Below are positions 18,225 to 26,324 of a stretch of 64,000 nt of DNA, in pieces. Positions within the stretch are counted from its first letter, which is position 1, and each line of letters opens with the position of its first letter. The DNA is from Gordonia sp. (in: high G+C Gram-positive bacteria) (GTDB lineage: Bacteria; Actinomycetota; Actinomycetes; Mycobacteriales; Mycobacteriaceae), in assembly GCF_047600565.1 (NCBI RefSeq), contig NZ_JASGKN010000001.1, positions 221,628 through 285,627 of the forward strand. The letters run 5' to 3'. A program made the position numbers and the translations under genes. Under the pieces are notes generated by a model, which ran no database searches, had not been told where the DNA came from, and saw only the letters and a list, made by a program, of their open reading frames with translations.

Positions 18225-20099
18225 GTGGCTGGATATCCCCCCGAGTTCGCGCAGAAGTACCGAGACGCCGGTTATTGGATCGGCCAGACCCACTCCGATC
18301 TTCTCGCCTCAGCGGCCGAAGCGCACCCCGATGCGATCGCCGTCCGCGACGACCGCCGCGCCCTGACCTACCGCGAGGTGCTCGACGGATCCCGTCGTCT
18401 CGCGCACGGCCTCATCGACCGGTACGGCCTGCGGGCCGGTGATCGCGTCGTCGTCCAGTTCCCGAACGTCGCCGAATACGTCGAGGTGATCTTCGCGCTC
18501 TTCGACGCCGGTGTCCTCCCGGTGTTCGCCCTTTCCAGTCACGGTCTCGCCGAACTCGACGACCTGGCGGCCCGCAGCGATGCGGCCGCGTTCCTGACCG
18601 TCGACTCGTTCGGCGTCACCGACTTCGGTGATCGCGCCGCCCGTCTCGCCGCGACGAGAACGCACACCTCCGATGGCCGGCCGTTCGCGACGATCGTCGC
18701 CCGCCACGGCGCCGACGACCCTCTCGGGGAGTTCCGCGGCGAGCAGACCTCCTCCACCGGCCGCTCGAGCGGACCGGAGGAGATCGCGTTCCTCCAGCTG
18801 TCCGGCGGCACCACCGGGGCGCCCAAGATGATCGGCCGCACCCACGACGACTACCTCTACTCGGTGCGCGAGTCGGCCCGCATCTGCGGACTCGACGACA
18901 CCTCCGTGTTCGGCGTGGTCCTGCCGGTCTCGCACAACTTCACGATGAGTTCCCCCGGCATCCTCGGCGCGATCCACGCTGGCTCGCAGATCGTGATGGT
19001 GCCGGACACCGACGCCCGCACCGTCCTCTCGCAGATCGCCGAGCACGGGATCACGCACCTGTCGGCGGTGCCGCCGCTCGTCGCCGCCTGGCTCGATTCG
19101 GCCGAGGCCGGCCGGCACGACGTGTCGTCGCTGCAGGTGATGCAGGTCGGCGGCGCCAAACTGCTCGAGACCGTCGCCCGCCGGGTGCCGGACCTGTTTC
19201 CGTCGGTCACCCTGCAGCAGGTCTTCGGCATGGCCGAGGGACTGGTCAACTACACGCGCCTGGACGACGACGTCGACCGGATCGTCGCCACCCAGGGCCG
19301 CCCGATCAGCCCCGACGACGAGATCCGCATCGTCGATGCGGACGGGGTGGCGCTGCCCGACGGGCAGGAGGGCAGCCTGCAGACCCGGGGCCCGTACACG
19401 ATCCGCAACTACTGGGGCGGGGTCGCCGCCGACTCCTTCACGCCGGACGGCTTCTACTGCACCGGCGACCGCGTGATCCACGACGCGGCCGGCTATCTGA
19501 CGGTCGTGGGCCGCGACAAGGACCAGATCAACCGGGCCGGCGAGAAGATCGCCCCCACCGAGGTGGAGGACGTGCTGCTCGGCCACCCGGGCATCCGGGA
19601 CGCATCCGTGGTCGGCGCCCCCGACGAGCGGCTCGGCGAACGGATCGTCGCCTACGTCATCCCGTCGGCCGCCGCCCGTGCCGACGGGACCGCACTCGAC
19701 GAGTTCGGTGTCCGCGGATTCCTGCGCGAATCGGGTCTGGCCCGGTTCAAGATCCCGGACGACGTCCACATCGTCGACGAGTTCCCGACGACCGCGGTCG
19801 GCAAGATCAGCAAGAAGGATCAGCGCACGGAGGCCGCCGCAGTACCCGCGGCCGAACCCGCCGATGCCCTGGCCGCCGAACAGCTCCGCAAAGACCTGGC
19901 CGACAAGTTGATGGTCGATCCGGCCGCACTCGGCGATTCGCTGATGCTCGCCGACAGCGGCATCGACTCGCTCGCGCTGATGGCGCTGCTCGACAAGTGG
20001 CGGGCTGCCGGCGCCACCGGTCTCGACTTCGAGACCGTGGTGGCGGCACCCACCCTCGAAGCACTCTTCGACACCGTGCGGCAGGCCGGCGGCCGATGA
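18225..20099 (+). CDS. 2,3-dihydroxybenzoate-AMP ligase (EntE/DhbE type) fused to a C-terminal aryl carrier protein domain
   Basis: The N-terminus PPEFAQKYRDAGYW resembles EntE. Adenylation motifs: SGGTTGAPKMIGRTHDDY, YCTGDRV, GRDKDQINRAGEKIAPTEVE, VGKISKK. About 80 extra C-terminal residues carry the phosphopantetheine-site motif LADSGIDSLALMALL. Confidence 0.9.
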   Translation: MAGYPPEFAQKYRDAGYWIGQTHSDLLASAAEAHPDAIAVRDDRRALTYREVLDGSRRLAHGLIDRYGLRAGDRVVVQFPNVAEYVEVIFALFDAGVLPVFALSSHGLAELDDLAARSDAAAFLTVDSFGVTDFGDRAARLAATRTHTSDGRPFATIVARHGADDPLGEFRGEQTSSTGRSSGPEEIAFLQLSGGTTGAPKMIGRTHDDYLYSVRESARICGLDDTSVFGVVLPVSHNFTMSSPGILGAIHAGSQIVMVPDTDARTVLSQIAEHGITHLSAVPPLVAAWLDSAEAGRHDVSSLQVMQVGGAKLLETVARRVPDLFPSVTLQQVFGMAEGLVNYTRLDDDVDRIVATQGRPISPDDEIRIVDADGVALPDGQEGSLQTRGPYTIRNYWGGVAADSFTPDGFYCTGDRVIHDAAGYLTVVGRDKDQINRAGEKIAPTEVEDVLLGHPGIRDASVVGAPDERLGERIVAYVIPSAAARADGTALDEFGVRGFLRESGLARFKIPDDVHIVDEFPTTAVGKISKKDQRTEAAAVPAAEPADALAAEQLRKDLADKLMVDPAALGDSLMLADSGIDSLALMALLDKWRAAGATGLDFETVVAAPTLEALFDTVRQAGGR

Positions 20100-21256
20100 C
20101 CGGCACCGTCGACGTCGCCGGGCTGACGGCGCTGCGCCGCGATCTGCACGCGCATCCCGAGCTCGCGTTCGACGAGCACCGCACCGCCGGCGTCGTCGCC
20201 GACCGGTTGCGCGGCCTCGGGGCCGAGGTGACGACCGGGATCGGCGGTACCGGTGTCGTCGGCGTGCTGCGCGGAGAGCGGCCCGGCCCCACCGTCGGTC
20301 TGCGGGCCGACATGGATGCGCTACCGGTCACCGAAACCCTGCCGCGGCCGCACGCCTCCACCGTGCCGGGCGTGATGCACGCCTGCGGGCACGACGGTCA
20401 CTGCGCCATGCTTCTCGGTGCCGCCGAACTCCTGGCCGGCCGCGACTTCGCCGGCACCGCCGTCCTGGTCTTCCAGCCCGCCGAGGAGGGGGCGGCCGGC
20501 GCGAGCGCCATGCTCGACGACGGTGTGCTCGAACGCTTCGGCATCCAGCAGATCTACGGCGTGCACAACATTCCCGGCATCCCGGCCGGCGACGTCGCCG
20601 TGCGCCGCGGCACCCAGCTGGCGTCGTTCGACGATCTGGAGATCACCCTGCGCGCCGACGGCGGCCACGCCATGGCGCCGCATCTGACCGGTGACGTGAT
20701 CGTCGCCGGTTCGGCGATCGTCACCGCTTTGCAGACCGTCGTGTCCCGGAGCCTCGACCCGTCGGTGCCGGCCGTCGTCTCGATCACGCGGTTCGACGCC
20801 GGCTCCACCAACAACGTGCTGCCGCCGACGGCACTGCTGGCGGGGACCGCTCGCTGCCTGTCCGCGGACGCCCGCGACACCATCGAACGATCGGTCCGGC
20901 GCATCTGCGAGTCGGTGGCCGCCGCTCACGGCGTCCAGGTCGACGTCCGCTATGACCGCCGCTATCCGTGCACCGTCAACGATGCCGCCGCCGCGGTCCG
21001 GGTCGCGGACGTCGCGACCGCACTGCTCGGCGCCGATCGGGTGGATCCGGACTGCGCCGGCATCATGGCCGCCGAGGACTTCGCCTTCTTCCTGGAGAGG
21101 ATTCCCGGCGCCTACGCGTTCATCGGGAACGGCCCGGTGACCGCTGAATCGGGCCCGGTGCACAGCCCGGCCTACGACTTCAACGACGACGTCCTCGAGA
21201 CCGGGGCACGGCTCCTGGATGCGATCGCCAGGCGGGCGCTGAGCGACCTCGGATGA
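20096..21256 (+). CDS. M20-family amidohydrolase (hippurate hydrolase / N-acyl-amino-acid amidohydrolase type)
   Basis: LHAHPELAFDEHRT and MHACGHDGH metal-binding motifs. ATG 20096 overlaps the stop of the upstream ligase-ArCP gene (ATGA). Confidence 0.85.
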   Translation: MTGTVDVAGLTALRRDLHAHPELAFDEHRTAGVVADRLRGLGAEVTTGIGGTGVVGVLRGERPGPTVGLRADMDALPVTETLPRPHASTVPGVMHACGHDGHCAMLLGAAELLAGRDFAGTAVLVFQPAEEGAAGASAMLDDGVLERFGIQQIYGVHNIPGIPAGDVAVRRGTQLASFDDLEITLRADGGHAMAPHLTGDVIVAGSAIVTALQTVVSRSLDPSVPAVVSITRFDAGSTNNVLPPTALLAGTARCLSADARDTIERSVRRICESVAAAHGVQVDVRYDRRYPCTVNDAAAAVRVADVATALLGADRVDPDCAGIMAAEDFAFFLERIPGAYAFIGNGPVTAESGPVHSPAYDFNDDVLETGARLLDAIARRALSDLG

Positions 21257-21308
21257 CGCCGCGCACCTGCGGTCCCGATCTGATAACAGGGTTTGTTAGG
21301 ATACCCTC

Positions 21309-22421
21309 ATGAATCTTCGCACCCCCCTCGTGGCACGCGCCGGCGTGGCGACCTGCGCCGTCGCCGCCGCTTCCGTGCTGATCGCCCCGGCCACCGCCTC
21401 CGCGGACACCGGGTACACGCTCGAGTCGGTTCCGGCCGGCGTCGTCAGCGGCGGTGAGCTCGCCATCGACCAGGGCCGCGACAAGCTGTTCATCACGGAC
21501 AACAACGCTCCGATGCAGACGACCGGCTCGGACGTCATCGTCACCAAGAGCCCGGTCGATCCCGCCGTGTCGGTGTTCGACACCACCAGCGGAAAGCCGG
21601 TCCGCAAGATCGATCTGTCGAACCAGCCCGGCGGCATGATGCTGATCGGCAAGGTGCCGGCCGTCCCGACCCCGCAGGTGCCCGACGGCATCGCCGTGGA
21701 CACCAAGCGTGCCCGCGTGCTGGTCACCAACGCCCACGCCAACGGCGTGACCGTGTTCGGTGAGAACACCAAGGCCGTCACCCCGAAGAACCTGACGTCG
21801 CTGCCCGAGTCGCACCCGATGGGTGCCGCCGCCGATGAGCAGCACGGCAAGTTCTACGTCGGCCTCAACGCGGGTTCGGAGGTCGCCGTCTTCGACTCGG
21901 CGAGCGGCCGCAAGGTCAAGGACATCAAGAACCTGCCGTACGCGGCCTTCGTCGACGTCGACGAGTCGCGTCACCGCGCCTATGTGGGCAGCGCCGACTA
22001 CGAGTCGAAGAAGAACAACTTCGTCGCCGTCATCGACACCGACACCGACACCGTCGTCAAGAAGATCCCGGTGCCGAACAACGCCCGCCCGAAGGTCGAT
22101 CCGGCCACCGGCAAGGTGTGGGTCGCGAGCTTCGCCACCGGCAAGATCGTGATCATCGATCCGGATTCGCTGAGCGTGGTCCAGACCATCGAGACCACGA
22201 CGACCCCCGCCAAGCTGGCGATCGACTCGGTTCACCGCCGCGTGTACACCTCGAACCTGCAGAAGAAGACGATCACCGTCCTCGGCGCCGATTCGGGCGC
22301 GATTCTGACCACCCTGAAGCCGGGTGTCGCGGTCCACACGCTCGCGGTGGACGAGAAGACCGGCATCGTCTACGGCACTCAGCACATGCGCGGCGACCTC
22401 ACCGTCGTCACTCCGAACTGA
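21309..22421 (+). CDS. Secreted beta-propeller repeat protein (YVTN / YncE-like)
   Basis: Signal peptide ending APATASA/DT. Repeated blades of the type VDxxxxxxYVxN ([39 protein letters not shown]). Confidence 0.65.
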   Translation: MNLRTPLVARAGVATCAVAAASVLIAPATASADTGYTLESVPAGVVSGGELAIDQGRDKLFITDNNAPMQTTGSDVIVTKSPVDPAVSVFDTTSGKPVRKIDLSNQPGGMMLIGKVPAVPTPQVPDGIAVDTKRARVLVTNAHANGVTVFGENTKAVTPKNLTSLPESHPMGAAADEQHGKFYVGLNAGSEVAVFDSASGRKVKDIKNLPYAAFVDVDESRHRAYVGSADYESKKNNFVAVIDTDTDTVVKKIPVPNNARPKVDPATGKVWVASFATGKIVIIDPDSLSVVQTIETTTTPAKLAIDSVHRRVYTSNLQKKTITVLGADSGAILTTLKPGVAVHTLAVDEKTGIVYGTQHMRGDLTVVTPN

Positions 22422-22444
22422 GCTTCGCCGACCACAGTTGAGCG

Positions 22445-22471
22445 CTGGCACTCTCATGGGTAGAGTGCTAG
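22445..22471. promoter_or_regulatory. CIRCE (HrcA operator) overlapping the groES promoter
   Basis: CTGGCACTC-N9-GAGTGCTAG against the consensus TTAGCACTC-N9-GAGTGCTAA. It is flanked by TTGAGC (22438-22443), 17 nt, then TAGAGT (22461-22466). Confidence 0.85.
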
Positions 22472-22563
22472 ACGGCATGGTGATCCGCCGCGGCACCCGC
22501 GACGACGCGGTGGCAGATCCACGCCGAACACGTTTCAACTCATCACAAAGAAGGACTGACATC

Positions 22564-22863
22564 GTGGCAGGTGTGAACATCAAGCCGCTCGAGGACAAGA
22601 TCCTCGTTCAGGCCGTGGAAGCCGAGACGACCACCGCCTCCGGCCTGGTCATCCCGGACTCCGCCAAGGAGAAGCCCTCGGAGGGCAAGGTCATCGCCGT
22701 CGGCCCCGGCCGCTGGGATGAGGCCGGCGAGAAGCGGATCCCCGTCGACGTCACGGAGGGCGACACCGTCGTCTACTCCAAGTACGGCGGCACCGAGATC
22801 ACCTACGGCGGTCAGGACTACCTGATCCTGTCGGCTCGCGACATCCTCGCCGTCGTCGGCTGA
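22564..22863 (+). CDS. groES: Co-chaperonin GroES
   Basis: [38 protein letters not shown]...[13 protein letters not shown] is almost identical to mycobacterial GroES. GTG start with an upstream AAGAAGGA. Confidence 0.97.
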   Translation: MAGVNIKPLEDKILVQAVEAETTTASGLVIPDSAKEKPSEGKVIAVGPGRWDEAGEKRIPVDVTEGDTVVYSKYGGTEITYGGQDYLILSARDILAVVG

Positions 22864-22881
22864 CACCGACGTACGTCGTGA

Positions 22882-22911
22882 AGAACCCCGGTGGATCTCC
22901 ACCGGGGTTCT
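22882..22911. terminator. Bidirectional stem-loop terminator between groES and whiB3
   Basis: agaaccccggtgg-atct-ccaccggggttct forms a perfect 13-bp stem, followed by ttcg on the plus strand. Confidence 0.7.
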
Positions 22912-22939
22912 TTCGTGTCTGTGGGCGCGCCAGGCGCGC

Positions 22940-23239
22940 TCAGGAGGCGAGCGGGCGGCTCACCTGCCGACGGCGAATGAGATTGCGCTCATGCTCGGTC
23001 AGGCCGCCCCAGATCCCGTAGGTCTCATCGACCGACAGTGCGTGCTTGCGGCACTGGGCGATCACCGGGCAGGCGTTGCACACCTGCTTGGCGCGACGCT
23101 CACGCTGGGCGCGCGCATGACCGCGCTCGCCCTCCGGGTGGAAGAAGATGGACGAGTCGAGTCCACGGCATTCGCTCAGGCGCTGCCAATCCCAGAAGTC
23201 GGCATTCGGGCCGGGAAGTCGGTCGGCGGTGGTGGTCAC
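22940..23239 (-). CDS. whiB3: WhiB-family Fe-S redox-sensing regulator (WhiB3/WhiD type)
   Basis: LPGPNADFWDWQ, four Cys (C-x30-CxxC-x5-C), the GIWGG turn, and a position matching M. tuberculosis whiB3. Confidence 0.88.
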   Translation of the reverse strand: MTTTADRLPGPNADFWDWQRLSECRGLDSSIFFHPEGERGHARAQRERRAKQVCNACPVIAQCRKHALSVDETYGIWGGLTEHERNLIRRRQVSRPLAS

Positions 23240-23561
23240 GGCGCGCTCCTCAAGGTCGTCGGATCCGGGGTGGAATCCCGTCTACACGGCTCACGCTAGA
23301 TTCTGGAAAATCGACGAGTCAAACAGCCTCGGCCCGCGTCATATAGTGCTCTGAACTGCAAGTTTGCCGACAGGTTAACGGCTGGAGCGGGTTGGGCGAA
23401 TCAGTCGGGAACGGGTAACGTCGGCGCAACACGGGAGTGACCGGCGAGCAATGCGGACCACGCGATGGACGCCATTTGTTAAGCGTCGTGAAAATCGGCG
23501 ACGGCCTCCGGACGCAATGAGATCTGTGCCACATCTGCGGTGGCACTCGGCAGGGGGTGCG

Positions 23562-24356
23562 ATGACGGTGGAACCGGCGGACATCACCGCCTGGCAGCGT
23601 GCCGTCGACCTCGGCGCCCTCGGCCGGGCCGCCGCGGCCCGGGTCCGGCTGCAGGCGATCATTGCAGACCGCGACGCATTTGTCGCGGCGAAGTCGCTCG
23701 CGTACTCCACACACGGCTCACTGACCCGTCAGGCCGGTGGCCACGCCCTCGCCCGTCGCGCCGACGGCGCCGCCTGCCGGATGCTGGCCGGCGTCGCCGA
23801 CAAGAACCGTGATCCGTGGACCGCCGCGGCCTGGGCGGACGCCCTCATCGGGGTGGCCGCCGACGACCTCGGTGTGGGCGATCTGCGCGCCAGTGACCTG
23901 CTCCTGGACCGCGCGGCCGCACACCTGGCGGCCTGCGGCGACGCCGGCGACTGGCGGACGGTGCCGCGCGTCCGCCTGCGTCTGGCGTGGGTGCGCACCG
24001 AACGTCGCCTGTACGGCGGCGACCCGGCCGGGGCCGCCGCCGCGTTCGCCGTCGCGGCGCCGCTCGCCGCGGCCGTCCCGTCGCCTCGTCACCGGGTCAA
24101 GACCGACCTGATCGGCGCGGCCGTCCAGGCCGCCGCGGGGGACACCGAGCTCGCCCGGCGCAGCGCGCTCCGGGTGTACGAACGGACGGGTGATCTGCAT
24201 CTCGAGCCGCTGCGATGGGCCGCCGCCTCGATGCTGGCCGGTCTCGACCCGGGCGCGCCGGAATATCCCTTCGAGATCTCGCGTCTTCGCAGGTCGATGG
24301 CCCGATCAGGGATGCCCTTCACGCCCCTGCAGCCCGGCGAACACCAGTCTGGTTAA
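23562..24356 (+). CDS. Conserved hypothetical protein (Rv3415c-like by position)
   Basis: Ala-rich ORF upstream of sigD with good GC3 bias. Start taken at ATG 23562 after AGGGGG. The alternative is 23451. Confidence 0.5.
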   Translation: MTVEPADITAWQRAVDLGALGRAAAARVRLQAIIADRDAFVAAKSLAYSTHGSLTRQAGGHALARRADGAACRMLAGVADKNRDPWTAAAWADALIGVAADDLGVGDLRASDLLLDRAAAHLAACGDAGDWRTVPRVRLRLAWVRTERRLYGGDPAGAAAAFAVAAPLAAAVPSPRHRVKTDLIGAAVQAAAGDTELARRSALRVYERTGDLHLEPLRWAAASMLAGLDPGAPEYPFEISRLRRSMARSGMPFTPLQPGEHQSG

Positions 24357-24438
24357 GGTGGATCGGTGCCGTGCCCGCCGCTGACGACTCGCTCGTGGGC
24401 TACTCGCATCTCCGCACCTGTAACACTTCGGACACCCG

Positions 24439-25020
24439 GTGACGATGAAACTGACAGGTGAGGCACTGGACCAGAAGGTCCGGGAAGCGGGCGACGGGGA
24501 CCGCCAAGCGCTGAGCCTGGTGCTCGAAAGTGTGCGGGACCCCGTCCTGCGCTACTGCCGGGCACGAATGGGTGCCGGAGAGCGGCATCTGTTTTCGGCG
24601 GATGATGTGGCGCAGGAGGTGCTCATGGCGGTGATGACAGCCCTTCCCCGGTACGAGGACCAGGGCCGGCCGTTCATGGCCTTCGTCTACGGCATCGCCT
24701 CGCACAAGGTCGCCGACGCCATGCGCTCGGCAGCACGCATCAAGGCCGATCCGGTGGAATCCGTCCCGGAATCGGTCGACATCTCCTCGGGTCCGGAACA
24801 GCAGGCGCTCGACAGCGACGCCGGCCGCCGGATGCGGGAACTCCTGGACACCCTGCCGGACAAGCAGCGCGAAATCCTCGTGCTGCGTCTGGTGGTCGGC
24901 ATGTCCGCGGAGGAGACGGCGGAGACGGTCGGGAGCAGCCCCGGTGCCGTGCGAGTCGCACAGCACCGTGCACTGGCGAAGCTGAAGAAGCTTCTCAGCC
25001 AGGGAGGTGACCCGCGATGA
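24439..25020 (+). CDS. sigD: ECF sigma factor SigD
   Basis: Region 2 DDVAQEVLMAVMTALPRYEDQGRPFMAFVYGIASHKVADAMR and region 4 LPDKQREILVLRLVVGMSAEETAETVGSSPGAVRVAQHRALAKLK closely resemble M. tuberculosis SigD. Confidence 0.9.
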   Translation: MTMKLTGEALDQKVREAGDGDRQALSLVLESVRDPVLRYCRARMGAGERHLFSADDVAQEVLMAVMTALPRYEDQGRPFMAFVYGIASHKVADAMRSAARIKADPVESVPESVDISSGPEQQALDSDAGRRMRELLDTLPDKQREILVLRLVVGMSAEETAETVGSSPGAVRVAQHRALAKLKKLLSQGGDPR

Positions 25021-25868
25021 CCCACCACGACGACGTCCACGACGCGACCTCGGTCGATCTCACCGCCGTCCACCACGACGACGCATTCCTCGACGCCCTG
25101 GTCTCGGGTGCGCCGCTGCCGCCCGCAGACCAGAGTGAAGCCGATCTCGGCGCGCTCCTGTTCGCCTGGCGCACCGACGCGCTGGCCGCACCGGTCCCGG
25201 CGGCCCCGACCCTCGCCGACGTGGAGCAGGGGATCGCCGACGACGAGAAGAACCGTAAGCGCAACGCCACCATGCGCCACCTGCGCCTGATCTCGGGTGC
25301 CGCCGCCGTCACCGGCGTCGCCGCCGCCGGCCTGCTCGTGCTGTCGGAGGGTTCGCAGCCCGGTGATCCGCTGTGGGGCGTCAAGAAGGTCGTCTTCACC
25401 GAAGAGGCCAAACAGACCGAGGCGACGGTCAACGTGCAGAGCAATCTGGAGGCCGCCGAGCAGGCCCTCGCCGTCGGCGACACCGATCTCGCCGCGGCGC
25501 ACATCGAGAAGGCCCAGCAGGAACTGCAGCCGGTCCGCGATCCGCAGACCCGCGAGCGCATGAACCAGTGGATCAAGCGACTCAAGGGTGACGACGACGG
25601 CAAGGACAAGAAGGACGCCGCCCGTCGTTCGGCCGACCGGTCGAAGGACAAGACCACGGCCACGACACTGCCGTCGACCGTGACCGGTGACCCCACCACG
25701 TCGGTGACCGTCACGCCGACCAGCCCGTCGACCTCGGAGCCGACCACCGAGCCGAGCACGTCGCCGTCGTCGTCGAGTTCGAGCTCGAGTTCCAGCTCGT
25801 CGGAGGCGCCGTCCAAGCCGGCGTCGAAGTCGCCGGTCTCGGCCGAGACGACCGTTCCCAGTTCCTGA
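25017..25868 (+). CDS. rsdA: Anti-sigma-D factor RsdA-like, single-pass membrane protein with a Ser/Thr/Pro-rich tail
   Basis: The start overlaps the sigD stop (ATGA). N-terminus VDLTAVHHDDAFLDAL, TM segment ISGAAAVTGVAAAGLLVL, and a C-terminal run of 12 Ser. Confidence 0.75.
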   Translation: MTHHDDVHDATSVDLTAVHHDDAFLDALVSGAPLPPADQSEADLGALLFAWRTDALAAPVPAAPTLADVEQGIADDEKNRKRNATMRHLRLISGAAAVTGVAAAGLLVLSEGSQPGDPLWGVKKVVFTEEAKQTEATVNVQSNLEAAEQALAVGDTDLAAAHIEKAQQELQPVRDPQTRERMNQWIKRLKGDDDGKDKKDAARRSADRSKDKTTATTLPSTVTGDPTTSVTVTPTSPSTSEPTTEPSTSPSSSSSSSSSSSSEAPSKPASKSPVSAETTVPSS

Positions 25869-26310
25869 GCCGGATCACCGCATCGTGGGTGACCACCGCG
25901 AACGTCGAGTAGTCGCCGCGCGCGGCGAGCGCATCGAGTGCCGCCGTCGCACGATCACGCACACGGTCGGAGGGTTCCACCCCCGGGGCGGCGTCGACAC
26001 TGCCGAACTCGGCGACCACGTCGGCGCGCGGATGTCCGGTCCATTCGCCGTAGTCGCGGTCGTTGAACCCCGGATCCACCGCATGCGGCGCACCGCTGGG
26101 TGCGGCGACGATCTCGGCGGTCACCACCGCGCGCTGCAGCGGACTGGAGGCCACGTATTCGAGGCGATACGGCGCCAGTGCCGCGGCGGTCGCCTCGGCC
26201 TGGGCGATGCCGGTCGCATCCAGTTCGGGATCGGCCAGACCACGCAGCCGGTCCTCGGCATTGAGCACGGTACGGCCGTGCCGGACGAGCAGAACGGTGC
26301 TCGATGTCAT
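25711..26310 (-). CDS. Histidine phosphatase (phosphoglycerate-mutase superfamily)
   Basis: LLVRHGRTVLN (RHG motif) and VVTHDAVIR (second catalytic His). Shine-Dalgarno GAGGAG. It is the only real part of the 1786-aa track ORF. The last roughly 50 codons are low-complexity and overlap rsdA. Confidence 0.7.
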   Translation of the reverse strand: MTSSTVLLVRHGRTVLNAEDRLRGLADPELDATGIAQAEATAAALAPYRLEYVASSPLQRAVVTAEIVAAPSGAPHAVDPGFNDRDYGEWTGHPRADVVAEFGSVDAAPGVEPSDRVRDRATAALDALAARGDYSTFAVVTHDAVIRLRNWERSSRPRPATSTPAWTAPPTSWNSSSNSTTTATCSARWSAPRSTGWSA

Positions 26311-26324
26311 GGGATCTCCTCTTC

